This document shows, one piece after another, positions 26,917 to 36,166 of a stretch of DNA of 42,283 nt. The stretch comes from Bacteroidia bacterium. GTDB lineage: Bacteria; Bacteroidota; Bacteroidia; NS11-12g; UBA955. The position numbers and the translations under genes were made by a program. Below the pieces are notes generated by a model. The model was not told where the DNA came from and made no database searches. It saw only the letters and a list, made by a program, of their open reading frames with translations. Every line of letters begins with the position of its first letter. Position 1 is the stretch's first letter. The DNA lies in the NCBI GenBank assembly GCA_032111345.1, contig JAULUW010000009.1:14467-56749 (forward strand), written 5' to 3'.

Positions 26917-27386
26917 AAAAAATGATTTTCGGTTTGATGGTTCTCTCGTATTTTGTCGTTTTACCCGCGCAAAATATCGATAGTAACCGTTTGGATAAAA
27001 TTGATGTGGTAAAAGAGTACCGCAAAGAACTTTGGAAAAGTAAACTCGATGTAACGGACAAACAAGTATCGGATTTCTTGTCGGTTTACAACGAATACCA
27101 ATTAACACTTCGCGAGGCAAAGCGTAATTTCCGAAAGAAATGGCATCTAAAAAATGTTGATCTGTTAAGCGAAACGGAGGCAAAAGAATATATCAATGAA
27201 GCCCTCGAATTGCAGCAAACCGAACACGATTTAATGGCGCAATATGCACCTAAATTTGCGCAAATCATAGGATGGAGTAAATCCGCTCGAATAAAAAAAA
27301 TGGAGAGAGAAATTAGTCCGCTACTTTTAAGAAAAGCCAATGAGATTCGGATTCAAAAGAATCCCAAAAGATCGCGTAAAGGGTAA
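26913..27386 (+). CDS. Small secreted helical protein (Spy/CpxP-like or ECF-sensor-like).
   Basis: Signal peptide MKKMIFGLMVLSYFVVLPAQ, charged helical remainder, ATGA overlap with the upstream gene. Confidence 0.4.
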   Translation: MKKMIFGLMVLSYFVVLPAQNIDSNRLDKIDVVKEYRKELWKSKLDVTDKQVSDFLSVYNEYQLTLREAKRNFRKKWHLKNVDLLSETEAKEYINEALELQQTEHDLMAQYAPKFAQIIGWSKSARIKKMEREISPLLLRKANEIRIQKNPKRSRKG

Positions 27387-27439
27387 AAGAAGTCCCTGCA
27401 TGAATGCAATGTTAAATCATTGTTAATAATATTTTTTCG

Positions 27440-27470
27440 AGGCCCAAATTTATTTTGGGCCTTTTATTTT
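27440..27470 (+). terminator. Rho-independent terminator.
   Basis: aggcccaaa-tttat-tttgggcct followed by T-rich sequence. Confidence 0.7.
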
Positions 27471-27671
27471 AGTTCAGCCCTTATTTATGTGTTTTTAAGG
27501 CACTTATAAGGGTTATTGAGAATGACAAAAGGTCACATGACGTACAAATGACACTAACAAAATTGCTGTTTGGAAATGAAATGGGCTTCAAATCGTTTTA
27601 CAATAACGAAATCACTTGTTTAAAAGTCCCTCCGGGGTTATTATTGCAACATTTTAAAAACAATCCGTACA

Positions 27672-28511
27672 ATGAGTAATCAGAAAAACACCAAGAAGTC
27701 AGGAAGGAATTTGTTCGCCGCTTATTTTGCTGGTGCATCCATCCTCGTAGCCCTATTAACGGGTGTCGTAATTTTTATGTTCATCATGGGAAATCCCGAA
27801 AATTTTGAAGGCGCTGGTTTAAAGCCTGAAGAAATCGTGGAAAAAGGACATCCAAAAAACATTTTAGGGATCATTCACCGCGGTGGTGTAATCGTACCTT
27901 TATTATTGGCCGTAAATATCACGGTTATCATTGTGAGTATCGAACGTTTTATTACCTTATCTGCTGCGTCTGGTAAAGGAAATGCAAGTGAATTTGTTCA
28001 CAAAATGCAATCTTTATTGGCAAAGAATGACATCAATGCGGCTATCAAAGCATGTGACGTACAACAAGGTTCTTTGGCAAACGTGGTAAAAAGCGGTTTA
28101 ACCCGTTATTCTATTGTACAAGGAAATGCAACTTTAGATCGCGATGAAAAGAAAGCGGCTATCGAAAAAGAATTGGAAGAAGCAACCAGCTTAGAATTGC
28201 CGATGCTTTCTCGCAACTTGGTGGTAGTATCTACGTGTGCATCTGTAGGAACGCTTATCGGTTTGATCGGAACGGTATTTGGTATGATTCGTGCGTTCGC
28301 AGCTTTGGCAAATGCCGGTGCTCCTGACACGGCAGCTCTTGCAACAGGTATCTCTGAGGCACTTGTAAATACCGCTTTTGGTATCATTGCATCTACCTTA
28401 GCGATCATTGCTTATAACTATTTCACCAACCGCATCGACGGTATGACGCATTCTATGGATGAGGCTGGATATTCTATTATCTCTAACTTCCAAGCGAACG
28501 CGACTGCTTAA
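27672..28511 (+). CDS. exbB: MotA/TolQ/ExbB proton-channel family protein.
   Basis: Three TM segments and the conserved GLIGTVFGMIRAF...GISEALVNTAFGI block. Followed by two ExbD genes and tonB. Confidence 0.8.
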   Translation: MSNQKNTKKSGRNLFAAYFAGASILVALLTGVVIFMFIMGNPENFEGAGLKPEEIVEKGHPKNILGIIHRGGVIVPLLLAVNITVIIVSIERFITLSAASGKGNASEFVHKMQSLLAKNDINAAIKACDVQQGSLANVVKSGLTRYSIVQGNATLDRDEKKAAIEKELEEATSLELPMLSRNLVVVSTCASVGTLIGLIGTVFGMIRAFAALANAGAPDTAALATGISEALVNTAFGIIASTLAIIAYNYFTNRIDGMTHSMDEAGYSIISNFQANATA

Positions 28512-28559
28512 TTCATTTACCTTTTTTTATCCAAACGTATAAAAAGAAAAACATAAAAC

Positions 28560-29240
28560 ATGCCTAAAGTAAACATGCCTCGTTCAACCCCTGCCTTGGA
28601 TATGACTCCAATGGTAGACTTGGCGTTTCTTTTGGTAACGTTTTTTATGTTGACATCTAGTTTTAGAGCACCTGAGCCCATTATCTTAGATACACCTACA
28701 TCTACTACCGAGCAACAAATACCTAAGCAGGTATTCTTGGTAATGATCGATGAAGAGGGTAGGGCCTTTGTTGATATCACCAATGCAGCGGTGAAATCAA
28801 AGGTTTTGAAAAAGATGATGTCTCAATTTAAATCTGGAGGACTTTCCGATGAAGACATTAATAAATTTGCAGGCGTAGGTCCTGTAGGTCTTCGAATGGC
28901 GGAAATCCCCACCTTTATGGAGCTCGAATCAACAGAAAGAACTGCGTATGAACAACGTGTAATTCCTTATGATACTGCCGCAAGCAAGATCAAAAATAGC
29001 GAACTCTACTATTGGGCATATTTTACCAAAATTGAAGCGCACAACGATTATAAAGAGCGCGAAGAAGAAGCAAAATTGAGAAATATGGAATTTGACAAGT
29101 CAAACTACATTCAATTTTCAATTAAAGCCGCACGTAACGCTAAATGGGATAAAATTCAATACATTATTGATGTATTCCGTGAAGCAAAAGTCAAAGAATT
29201 TCAGATGATAACGGGCTTGGAGAACGCCCCTGAAAGTTAA
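28560..29240 (+). CDS. exbD: ExbD/TolR biopolymer transport protein.
   Basis: N-terminal LDMTPMVDLAFLLVTFFMLTS motif. Confidence 0.8.
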   Translation: MPKVNMPRSTPALDMTPMVDLAFLLVTFFMLTSSFRAPEPIILDTPTSTTEQQIPKQVFLVMIDEEGRAFVDITNAAVKSKVLKKMMSQFKSGGLSDEDINKFAGVGPVGLRMAEIPTFMELESTERTAYEQRVIPYDTAASKIKNSELYYWAYFTKIEAHNDYKEREEEAKLRNMEFDKSNYIQFSIKAARNAKWDKIQYIIDVFREAKVKEFQMITGLENAPES

Positions 29241-29251
29241 TAACCCAGACT

Positions 29252-29881
29252 ATGGCAGAAATACAACAAAGTGGCGGCGGTAACGACGGGAAAAAAAGAG
29301 CCAAAAAACAGAGTACGCGGGTGGATATGACTCCCCTGGTGGACTTGGCGTTTTTGCTGCTTACCTTTTTCGTATTAACCTCTACCTTTTCTAAGCCGAA
29401 GGTTTTAAGGATGATTTTCCCTGAGAAATTAGAGAAAGACAATCCAAACGTAAAACCACCGGAAATTAAAGACGGGTTAACCATCCTTCTTACCGCTAAC
29501 GACAATATCTTCTATTATGTAGGTGCACTCAATAAAGAAACAGAAGTCATTAGAACCGACTATACAAAAAACGGTTTTAGGAAACTTTTGATTGAGAAAA
29601 ATGCCCCTTTAATAGACAAACTGAAGAAATTACAACTTGAACTTGCCGACGCCAAAGAGGGCGATACCGCAACGCGTAACCGCATCGAACGCCAAGCAAA
29701 AGACGAACAAATGAAATCGAAATTGGTCGTTTTAGTGAAGCACGATAAAGATGCCACGTACGAAAATATTATCGATGTTGTCGATGAGTTCTTGATTACT
29801 CAAGTAGCAAAATACTTCGTAGTAGATCCCGGATTAGATCCGATAGAAGCTGCGAAAATTCAGGAACAATTAAGCAACTAA
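29252..29881 (+). CDS. exbD: ExbD/TolR biopolymer transport protein (second copy).
   Basis: VDMTPLVDLAFLLLTFFVLTS motif. Confidence 0.8.
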   Translation: MAEIQQSGGGNDGKKRAKKQSTRVDMTPLVDLAFLLLTFFVLTSTFSKPKVLRMIFPEKLEKDNPNVKPPEIKDGLTILLTANDNIFYYVGALNKETEVIRTDYTKNGFRKLLIEKNAPLIDKLKKLQLELADAKEGDTATRNRIERQAKDEQMKSKLVVLVKHDKDATYENIIDVVDEFLITQVAKYFVVDPGLDPIEAAKIQEQLSN

Positions 29882-29885
29882 AACT

Positions 29886-30719
29886 ATGGCAGAAAACGCA
29901 TTCTCTAAAGTATTCAACCGTTGGGATTTACCCGATGCTGAATCAAGGTTGAACCTGGTTTTTGAAAATCGTTTCAAAGATTATGGAGCGTATAAAATAC
30001 GCTTGATGTTCCGAAAGTCACAGAGTATTGCTACTCTTGCAGCTTGTGCATTGGCATTATTATTTGCTTCCGGACCTCGTATCATTGCAGCGCTTTCCGA
30101 AGCAGATGCAAAAGAAAGAAAAACCATTAAAATTGTTACCAATTTAGATGATATCGAGTCTCCGATTGAAGAAGAGGAAGAAAAGCCAAAAGAACCACCT
30201 AAATTAAAGGAACCTGAACCCGTGGCTCAGCAAGCCTATGTGGCGCCACGTATCAATCCAGATGCAGAGGAAGATGCTCCCATCAACCCTCCGGATGTGG
30301 TTTCCAATACAGGTGTTAAAAACGTAGAAGGTCTTGCGGATCCAACCGCTCCTGATTTAGGGGGTGGGGAAAGCGGCCCGGTTAAAGGGGGCGATGAAGG
30401 ACCTACAGCGAACGTTGCCGTTAAGGCATCATTCCCAGGTGGAGAGCCCGCCTTCAGAGAATATGTAGCCAACGAGTTTCAATACCCCGTTCGCTGCCAG
30501 GATGAAGGAATCAACGGTTCGGTAGTTTTGCGATTCGTTGTAGATCAGTCTGGACGTATCTCAAAGGTTTCCGCCATCGAAGAAACCAAAAGTTGTCCCG
30601 AGTTTACCGAAGAAGCCATCCGAGTGCTTAAACGCTCTCCCAGATGGATTCCAGGTCAAAACAAGGGCCGTTTCGTGGTTTCTTGGCGTGAAATTCCAAT
30701 TCGCTTAACCGTAGAATAA
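29886..30719 (+). CDS. tonB: Energy transducer TonB-family protein.
   Basis: TM anchor, Pro/Glu/Lys-rich linker (EEEEKPKEPPKLKEPEP), and C-terminal TonB_C (ASFPGGEPAFREYVANEFQYP...GINGSVVLRFVVDQSGRIS). Confidence 0.8.
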   Translation: MAENAFSKVFNRWDLPDAESRLNLVFENRFKDYGAYKIRLMFRKSQSIATLAACALALLFASGPRIIAALSEADAKERKTIKIVTNLDDIESPIEEEEEKPKEPPKLKEPEPVAQQAYVAPRINPDAEEDAPINPPDVVSNTGVKNVEGLADPTAPDLGGGESGPVKGGDEGPTANVAVKASFPGGEPAFREYVANEFQYPVRCQDEGINGSVVLRFVVDQSGRISKVSAIEETKSCPEFTEEAIRVLKRSPRWIPGQNKGRFVVSWREIPIRLTVE

Positions 30720-30740
30720 AAGTTTCACTCAGATTGTTTT

Positions 30741-30772
30741 AGGCCAAAACCGCAAGGTTTTGGCCTTTTTTT
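30741..30772 (+). terminator. Rho-independent terminator after tonB.
   Basis: aggccaaaacc-gcaa-ggttttggcct followed by tttttt. Confidence 0.8.
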
Positions 30773-30793
30773 ATGCCCTTATCGAAACTTGAT

Positions 30794-30801
30794 TAACTTT
30801 G
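30794..30801 (+). promoter_or_regulatory. Candidate -7 box TAACTTTG.
   Basis: TAnnTTTG match 11 nt upstream of the ATG at 30812. Confidence 0.35.
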
Positions 30802-30811
30802 TGATTGCGCG

Positions 30812-32317
30812 ATGGAGCCCATAAGAATATCGAACCTTACGTTTACCTCTAAAGATACTACATTATTGACGTTGCCTGAATTTACGGCCAACTCGGGCGA
30901 AATTCATGCCATAATTGGCGAAAGCGGCAGTGGCAAATCCCTCCTACTGAAACAAATTATCGGGCTGCTTCCCAAAAATATCCATACCTCAGGAAAGGTA
31001 CATATTCAAATTCCACAAGCTCCAGAAGGCAATAGTTTAGATTGGTCTGAGGCCCAATGGAGATTGCAAAGAGGTAAAAATATTGGAATGATTTTCCAAG
31101 AGCCATTGAGTGCGCTAAATCCACAAATGACCTGCGGACGCCAATTGCAAGAGGCATGGAATATCCATGCCGAACCTGAATACAAAAATAAGCAGTTCGA
31201 AATTATCGAACGCTTGCATGATGTAGGACTTGGAGCCGATGCACAAAGGGTGCTGGCATCGTTCCCGCATCAATTGAGCGGTGGACAGCGGCAACGGGTG
31301 GTGATTGCCATGGCAACCTTGCATAAACCGCCAATTATTTTAGCCGATGAACCTACTACGGCTTTGGATTTTTTCTCACGGAAAAAAGTTTTGGATGATT
31401 TATTGGCGGTGGTTAAAAAACTTCAAGCTACCTTAATATGGGTCACCCATGAATTGGATATCGTGGCCGAATATGCCCACCAAATTACCGTATTAAAGAA
31501 AGGGGAGTGGATTCAAACAGGTACATTGAAAGAGGTGTTAGAGCGGAACCCTCATCCGTATGTCCTGGAACTTTTACACGCACTTCCCACCCGAAAAAAG
31601 GCTGTAGTTCAAGGAACCGAAAGAATTTTGGATATTCAGGGCTTGGGAAAAATATATCCACCCAATATCAAAGCATTAGATCAATTTGAAGCCCATTTAG
31701 GTCCGGGCGAAACACTAGCCGTGATTGGGACTTCTGGATCCGGAAAATCGACCTTGGCTAAATTATTAGTCGCATTAGAAAAACCAAGTTCGGGAAGAAT
31801 TTTGCTCAATGGCCAGCCCTTAGCAAAGTTGCCTCCAACCGGAATTCAAATGGTGTTTCAAGATCCTTTTTCTTCTTTGAATCGCAAACATACCGCCCAA
31901 ATTGCCATGATGGAAGTGCGTAAGGTATGCTTCCCAAAGGAAAATAAAGAAGAACGGCTATCGCGCGTGCAACAGGGATTAAAAGAAGTTGCATTAGATC
32001 TTTCGGAATGGAATAAAAGACCTACCGAAATGAGTGGGGGGCAGCGCCAACGTTTATGCATTGCTAAAGCATTGGCATCGAACCCTCGTATATTGATTTT
32101 AGACGAGGCGGTAGCTGCTTTAGATCCGATCGTTCAAAAGCAAGTATTGGATCTTTTGCAAAAAATACAAAAAGAGCGGCAATTGATTTTTGTATTTATC
32201 ACACATGATTTAGCCGTAGCCCGAGCGCTGGCCGATAAAATGATTTTCTTAGAAAAGGGAGAAATTAAAGAAATTCCACCGGAGTGGCTTGCCCATATGC
32301 CTAAAAGTGCTGGTTAA
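30812..32317 (+). CDS. ABC transporter ATP-binding protein with duplicated ATPase domains (Dpp/Opp/YejF-like).
   Basis: Two Walker A motifs (GESGSGKS, GTSGSGKS), two signatures (LSGGQRQR, MSGGQRQR) and two Walker B motifs (ILADEPT, LILDEAV). Confidence 0.85.
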   Translation: MEPIRISNLTFTSKDTTLLTLPEFTANSGEIHAIIGESGSGKSLLLKQIIGLLPKNIHTSGKVHIQIPQAPEGNSLDWSEAQWRLQRGKNIGMIFQEPLSALNPQMTCGRQLQEAWNIHAEPEYKNKQFEIIERLHDVGLGADAQRVLASFPHQLSGGQRQRVVIAMATLHKPPIILADEPTTALDFFSRKKVLDDLLAVVKKLQATLIWVTHELDIVAEYAHQITVLKKGEWIQTGTLKEVLERNPHPYVLELLHALPTRKKAVVQGTERILDIQGLGKIYPPNIKALDQFEAHLGPGETLAVIGTSGSGKSTLAKLLVALEKPSSGRILLNGQPLAKLPPTGIQMVFQDPFSSLNRKHTAQIAMMEVRKVCFPKENKEERLSRVQQGLKEVALDLSEWNKRPTEMSGGQRQRLCIAKALASNPRILILDEAVAALDPIVQKQVLDLLQKIQKERQLIFVFITHDLAVARALADKMIFLEKGEIKEIPPEWLAHMPKSAG

Positions 32318-32429
32318 CGCGCATGAAGGAAATGTCAAAATAAATGAACTAAGGGTTGCGGTTTTTTGAACAATCGGATATCGTGAATTTCCACTTGGGC
32401 ACTTGAGGGCTTTGTTGTATTTTTGAATT

Positions 32430-33290
32430 ATGCGAATGTTTTTATTGATTGCTTGTTTTTGGGGAATGACCATAGGAAATGCACAAAATACCTTAAACGT
32501 TACGCATACGGTGCAAAAAGGAGAAACCCTTTTTAAAATATCCAAAGATTATGACATGACTGTTTCAGAGCTGCGCGAAATGAATCCCCAAGTGGGTGTT
32601 TTGCAGCCGGGAATGAAGTTAAATGTACGTAAAAAATTGGATGTACAATCTCGGAAACCCAATGTGATTATTCATGTTGTGAAAAAAGGGGAGACCTTGT
32701 ATAAAATTTCCCAAAAGTATAAGGTTAAGGTCAATGAAATCCGTGAGGCCAATGGCATGATTGACAATGCGATTTCAATAGATCAAAGTTTAAAAATTCC
32801 TACAGACTTACAATCAACAGGAAAACCCAGTCTTTCAGAAACAGAATCTGCGGCAAACCCTTCCAATGCAGGAAACCCAGAACCTTCATTACTAAGCGCC
32901 CAAAAAAAGGCGTCGGTAGAAGCTGCAAAAACTCAAATTGCGACCGATCCCGAAATAAAAGGGGGAATTATTGAAAAAAGCAATGGAACTAAGAAAACAG
33001 AATTCCAAGCTAAATCAGATACTAAAAAGGCCATTGTTTTAGATTCTACCGCCAGTCAAGCAGGCAATTACACTTATAAAACCTATGTGTGGATTTCGGG
33101 TTTGAGCAACAATCAAGTGGTTTGCGTTATCAATCCGCGCACAGAACAAATGATTTATGCGCTGAATCAAGGAAAACGCAACAATCAAAGCGCAGATTCG
33201 ATAATACTTACACCCGTTGTTGCGGAGAAGTTAGGTGTGCGTGGCGAGGCCGCGGAACTGCAAATTCAATATGTTGCATCTAAGCCTTAA
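32430..33290 (+). CDS. Secreted protein with two LysM peptidoglycan-binding domains.
   Basis: Signal peptide, then HTVQKGETLFKISKDYDMTVSELREMNP and HVVKKGETLYKISQKYKVKVNEIREANG. A TATTTTTG box at 32418..32425 lies just upstream. Confidence 0.8.
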   Translation: MRMFLLIACFWGMTIGNAQNTLNVTHTVQKGETLFKISKDYDMTVSELREMNPQVGVLQPGMKLNVRKKLDVQSRKPNVIIHVVKKGETLYKISQKYKVKVNEIREANGMIDNAISIDQSLKIPTDLQSTGKPSLSETESAANPSNAGNPEPSLLSAQKKASVEAAKTQIATDPEIKGGIIEKSNGTKKTEFQAKSDTKKAIVLDSTASQAGNYTYKTYVWISGLSNNQVVCVINPRTEQMIYALNQGKRNNQSADSIILTPVVAEKLGVRGEAAELQIQYVASKP

Positions 33291-34521
33291 GCATTTAGAA
33301 AAGCTCTTTTACGGGGCGTTTTTCATTGCGCTTGCCAGTATCCATTTTTCACCGGCACTGAGTTCTATCGCTGTTTTTACAGCAATTCTCAGCGGTATTT
33401 TATCCCTTTCGGGGGAAGCTCATGAACGGATGCTTTTGAGATTTCAAGCGTTTGCCGGTTTGTTATTTGCGGCTATGTGGGCTATAGATATTAGCAATGG
33501 GGCTTCGATTGCTACGGCATGGTCTTCCTTGCAAGTTATGTTACCCTGGTTCTTTTTGCCCTTTTTATTGATTATTCCGATGAAATCTCGGGTAAACCCG
33601 ATTTATATTGGATTGTTTTTGGCATTTCCATTGTGGTGGGTTTCAGGGGCGACCTTATTGAATTACGCGCTCGATTGGCAATTTTTATCACAAATGGTAT
33701 TAGAGTCAAAACCCTTGCCCTTGTATTCTCAAGTCTATCATATCGAATTCAGCCTGCTCATTACCGCAGTTCTTTTAGGCATGACCCTGTGTTTCGAATA
33801 TCTTAAAACCTCGGAGTATCGAATTCTTTTTGGTGTACTTTACATCCTGTTATTCCTATCCTTACATATTATGTCGGCCCGCACGGGTTTGTTGGGATAT
33901 TGGTTGGGAATGGGCATTTTTTCATTTGGGAAATGGGGGAATAAAGCCCTATGGGGGAGATTAAAACCTCATTATTCCTGGGGTATTATACTGGTGTGCA
34001 TCATTGCGTTGTTTCAGATTCCCAGTTTGAAAAACCGGATCCAAAATACCCAAGAAGATTTGGCAGCCGTTTGGTCGGGTGGCGATGTCAATCACAAGAG
34101 CATTGGTCAGCGCGTTCAAGCATGGAAAGCCACATGGAATATTGCACAAAACCTTCCGGAAAATTTAAGAGGCGTTGGGAGTCATCAATTTGATTCGGCT
34201 TTGATGGAATCCTATGAAAGAGGAAAGACTTCCTTATTTGTGAGCAACCGGATAGGTCCACACAATCAATCATTACAATGGGCGGCTACATATGGTTGGC
34301 TGATAGTAGGGGCGTGGTGGCTGTTTTTAGGGAGCTTATTGCAATCGGTATTTTCGGGTTACCGGATATGGATAATTGGGATTCCCTTAGCGGCGGCATC
34401 GATGTTTGAGAGTATTGCTCAACGGCAGGCAGGGGCCTTGGCGGTATTGATTTTGTTCGTATTTATGGCCAATATAGAAAAATATCGAGGAAATATTAAA
34501 AACTTTCCTTCAATTACTTGA
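33271..34521 (+). CDS. O-antigen ligase/polymerase-like (Wzy_C-type) polytopic membrane protein.
   Basis: About 10-12 hydrophobic helices with a larger loop (NRIQNTQEDLAAVWSGGDVNHKSIGQRVQAWK). The ATG at 33271 is the likely start. Confidence 0.45.
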   Translation: MLHLSLKHLEKLFYGAFFIALASIHFSPALSSIAVFTAILSGILSLSGEAHERMLLRFQAFAGLLFAAMWAIDISNGASIATAWSSLQVMLPWFFLPFLLIIPMKSRVNPIYIGLFLAFPLWWVSGATLLNYALDWQFLSQMVLESKPLPLYSQVYHIEFSLLITAVLLGMTLCFEYLKTSEYRILFGVLYILLFLSLHIMSARTGLLGYWLGMGIFSFGKWGNKALWGRLKPHYSWGIILVCIIALFQIPSLKNRIQNTQEDLAAVWSGGDVNHKSIGQRVQAWKATWNIAQNLPENLRGVGSHQFDSALMESYERGKTSLFVSNRIGPHNQSLQWAATYGWLIVGAWWLFLGSLLQSVFSGYRIWIIGIPLAAASMFESIAQRQAGALAVLILFVFMANIEKYRGNIKNFPSIT

Positions 34522-34539
34522 GTATTTAAACATTTTCCC

Positions 34540-34547
34540 TATATTTG
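34540..34547 (+). promoter_or_regulatory. Bacteroidota -7 promoter box TATATTTG upstream of rpmB.
   Basis: Exact TAnnTTTG 15 nt upstream of the ATG, with a TTG at 34518..34520. Confidence 0.55.
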
Positions 34548-34561
34548 CACTCCCAAAAACT

Positions 34562-34795
34562 ATGTCTAGAGTTTGTGATTTAACCGGCAAAAAGGCTTTA
34601 AAAGGAAACCGTGTTTCTCACTCGAATAAGAAAACGAAGCGTAGATTCTATCCGAATTTACAGACTAAGAAGTTCTTTATCGAGGAAACAGGTGAGTGGA
34701 TTACATTGAAGGTAACCGCTTCGACGATTAAAACCATCGATAAAAAAGGCGTATCTGCGTGTTTAAACAATTTGTTCAAGAGAGGTAAAATCTAA
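34562..34795 (+). CDS. rpmB: 50S ribosomal protein L28.
   Basis: MSRVCDLTGKKALKGNRVSHSNKKTKRRFYPNLQ. Confidence 0.95.
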   Translation: MSRVCDLTGKKALKGNRVSHSNKKTKRRFYPNLQTKKFFIEETGEWITLKVTASTIKTIDKKGVSACLNNLFKRGKI

Positions 34796-34798
34796 GAG

Positions 34799-34981
34799 AT
34801 GGCAAAAAAAGGCAATCGCGTACAAGTTATATTGGAATGCACCGAGCAAAAAGGCAGCGGAGTTCCCGGCATGAGTCGTTATATAACTACCAAGAATAAG
34901 AAAAACACACCAGAGAGAATTGAATTGAAAAAATTCAATCCTTACATGCGTAAAGTAACTGTTCATAAAGAAATTAAGTAA
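34799..34981 (+). CDS. rpmG: 50S ribosomal protein L33.
   Basis: [16 protein letters not shown]...[32 protein letters not shown]. Confidence 0.95.
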   Translation: MAKKGNRVQVILECTEQKGSGVPGMSRYITTKNKKNTPERIELKKFNPYMRKVTVHKEIK

Positions 34982-35136
34982 TGGCAAAGAAGGTAGTAGC
35001 AACACTTAAAAAAGAAGGTGGAGTAGAAATGGTAAAGGTTATTCGTACCATTAAATCCCCTAAGACCGGTGCTTACACGTTCCGTGAGGAAATCGTAACT
35101 GCAGACCGTGTTCAAGACGTTCTTAACAAGAAATAA
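34981..35136 (+). CDS. DUF4295-family small protein (51 aa); not in the ORF track.
   Basis: Hand translation: [56 protein letters not shown] overlap with rpmG. The position after rpmG is typical in Bacteroidota. Confidence 0.65.
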   Translation: MAKKVVATLKKEGGVEMVKVIRTIKSPKTGAYTFREEIVTADRVQDVLNKK

Positions 35137-35155
35137 TCGATTTTTTTATCTATTG

Positions 35156-35179
35156 AAGCCCCGAAACGGGGCTTTTTTT
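35156..35179 (+). terminator. Rho-independent terminator.
   Basis: aagccccg-aaa-cggggctt followed by a T-run. Confidence 0.8.
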
Positions 35180-35200
35180 GTTTATACCTAAATAATCACC

Positions 35201-36166
35201 ATGTTCAGCTGGTTTAAAAAGAAATCCAAAGCAAGTCCCAACGACCTCAGCGCAACCCGCGAGGCCCTGAAACAAACGCGCAGCAGTTTGCTTTCAAAAA
35301 TTGGATTAATCCTTACAGGTAAAAATAAAATCGATTCAGACGTACTTGATGAATTGGAAGAAGCTTTGCTCACCTCCGATGTAGGCATTGACACCACGGA
35401 AACCATTATCGACGTACTGAAACACAAAGCAAAAAATACCGGCTTTGAATCGGCCTCCGATATCAACGAATGGCTTGCAGAAATTGTCGATCAATTGATG
35501 CCCGATATCAGCGAGCCCGTTGCCGATTCTTTTGATTTACACAATCGCAAAAAGCCCTATGTCGTGCTTGTGGTAGGAGTGAACGGGGTAGGTAAAACGA
35601 CCACCATTGGAAAAATGGCCTATCAATATGCCCAAAATGGACATAAAGTAATTTTGGGTGCAGCGGATACCTTTCGTGCGGCTGCGGTAGATCAATTAGG
35701 CATCTGGAAGGACCGTGCTGGAGTTGAAATTGTAAGTCATGGGATGAATGCCGATCCCGCCGCAGTTGCCTTCGACGCAGTGAAAAAAGGCGTGGAAGAT
35801 CAAGCAGATGTGGTAATTATCGATACAGCAGGCCGTTTGCATAACAAACTTGGACTTATGAACGAACTGGCCAAAATTAAAAGAGTAATCCAAAAGTTCA
35901 AAGACGATGCGCCCGATGAAGTTATATTGGTCATAGATGCCACTACCGGTCAAAACGCCTTTGAACAAGCAAAAGCATTTACCCAAGCAACCCAAGTAAA
36001 CGCATTAGCAGTAACCAAATTAGACGGTACTGCGAAGGGTGGTGTGGTTATTGGGGTAAGTCATACCTTTAAAATCCCAGTAAAATATATGGGCCTTGGC
36101 GAACAAGCCGGGGATTTGAAATTATTTGATAAACCCGCATTCATTTCCTCAATTTTCTCTGCATGA
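35201..36166 (+). CDS. ftsY: Signal recognition particle receptor FtsY.
   Basis: SRP GTPase motifs VVGVNGVGKTTTIGK, DTAGRLHNK, TKLDGTAKGG. Confidence 0.9.
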   Translation: MFSWFKKKSKASPNDLSATREALKQTRSSLLSKIGLILTGKNKIDSDVLDELEEALLTSDVGIDTTETIIDVLKHKAKNTGFESASDINEWLAEIVDQLMPDISEPVADSFDLHNRKKPYVVLVVGVNGVGKTTTIGKMAYQYAQNGHKVILGAADTFRAAAVDQLGIWKDRAGVEIVSHGMNADPAAVAFDAVKKGVEDQADVVIIDTAGRLHNKLGLMNELAKIKRVIQKFKDDAPDEVILVIDATTGQNAFEQAKAFTQATQVNALAVTKLDGTAKGGVVIGVSHTFKIPVKYMGLGEQAGDLKLFDKPAFISSIFSA

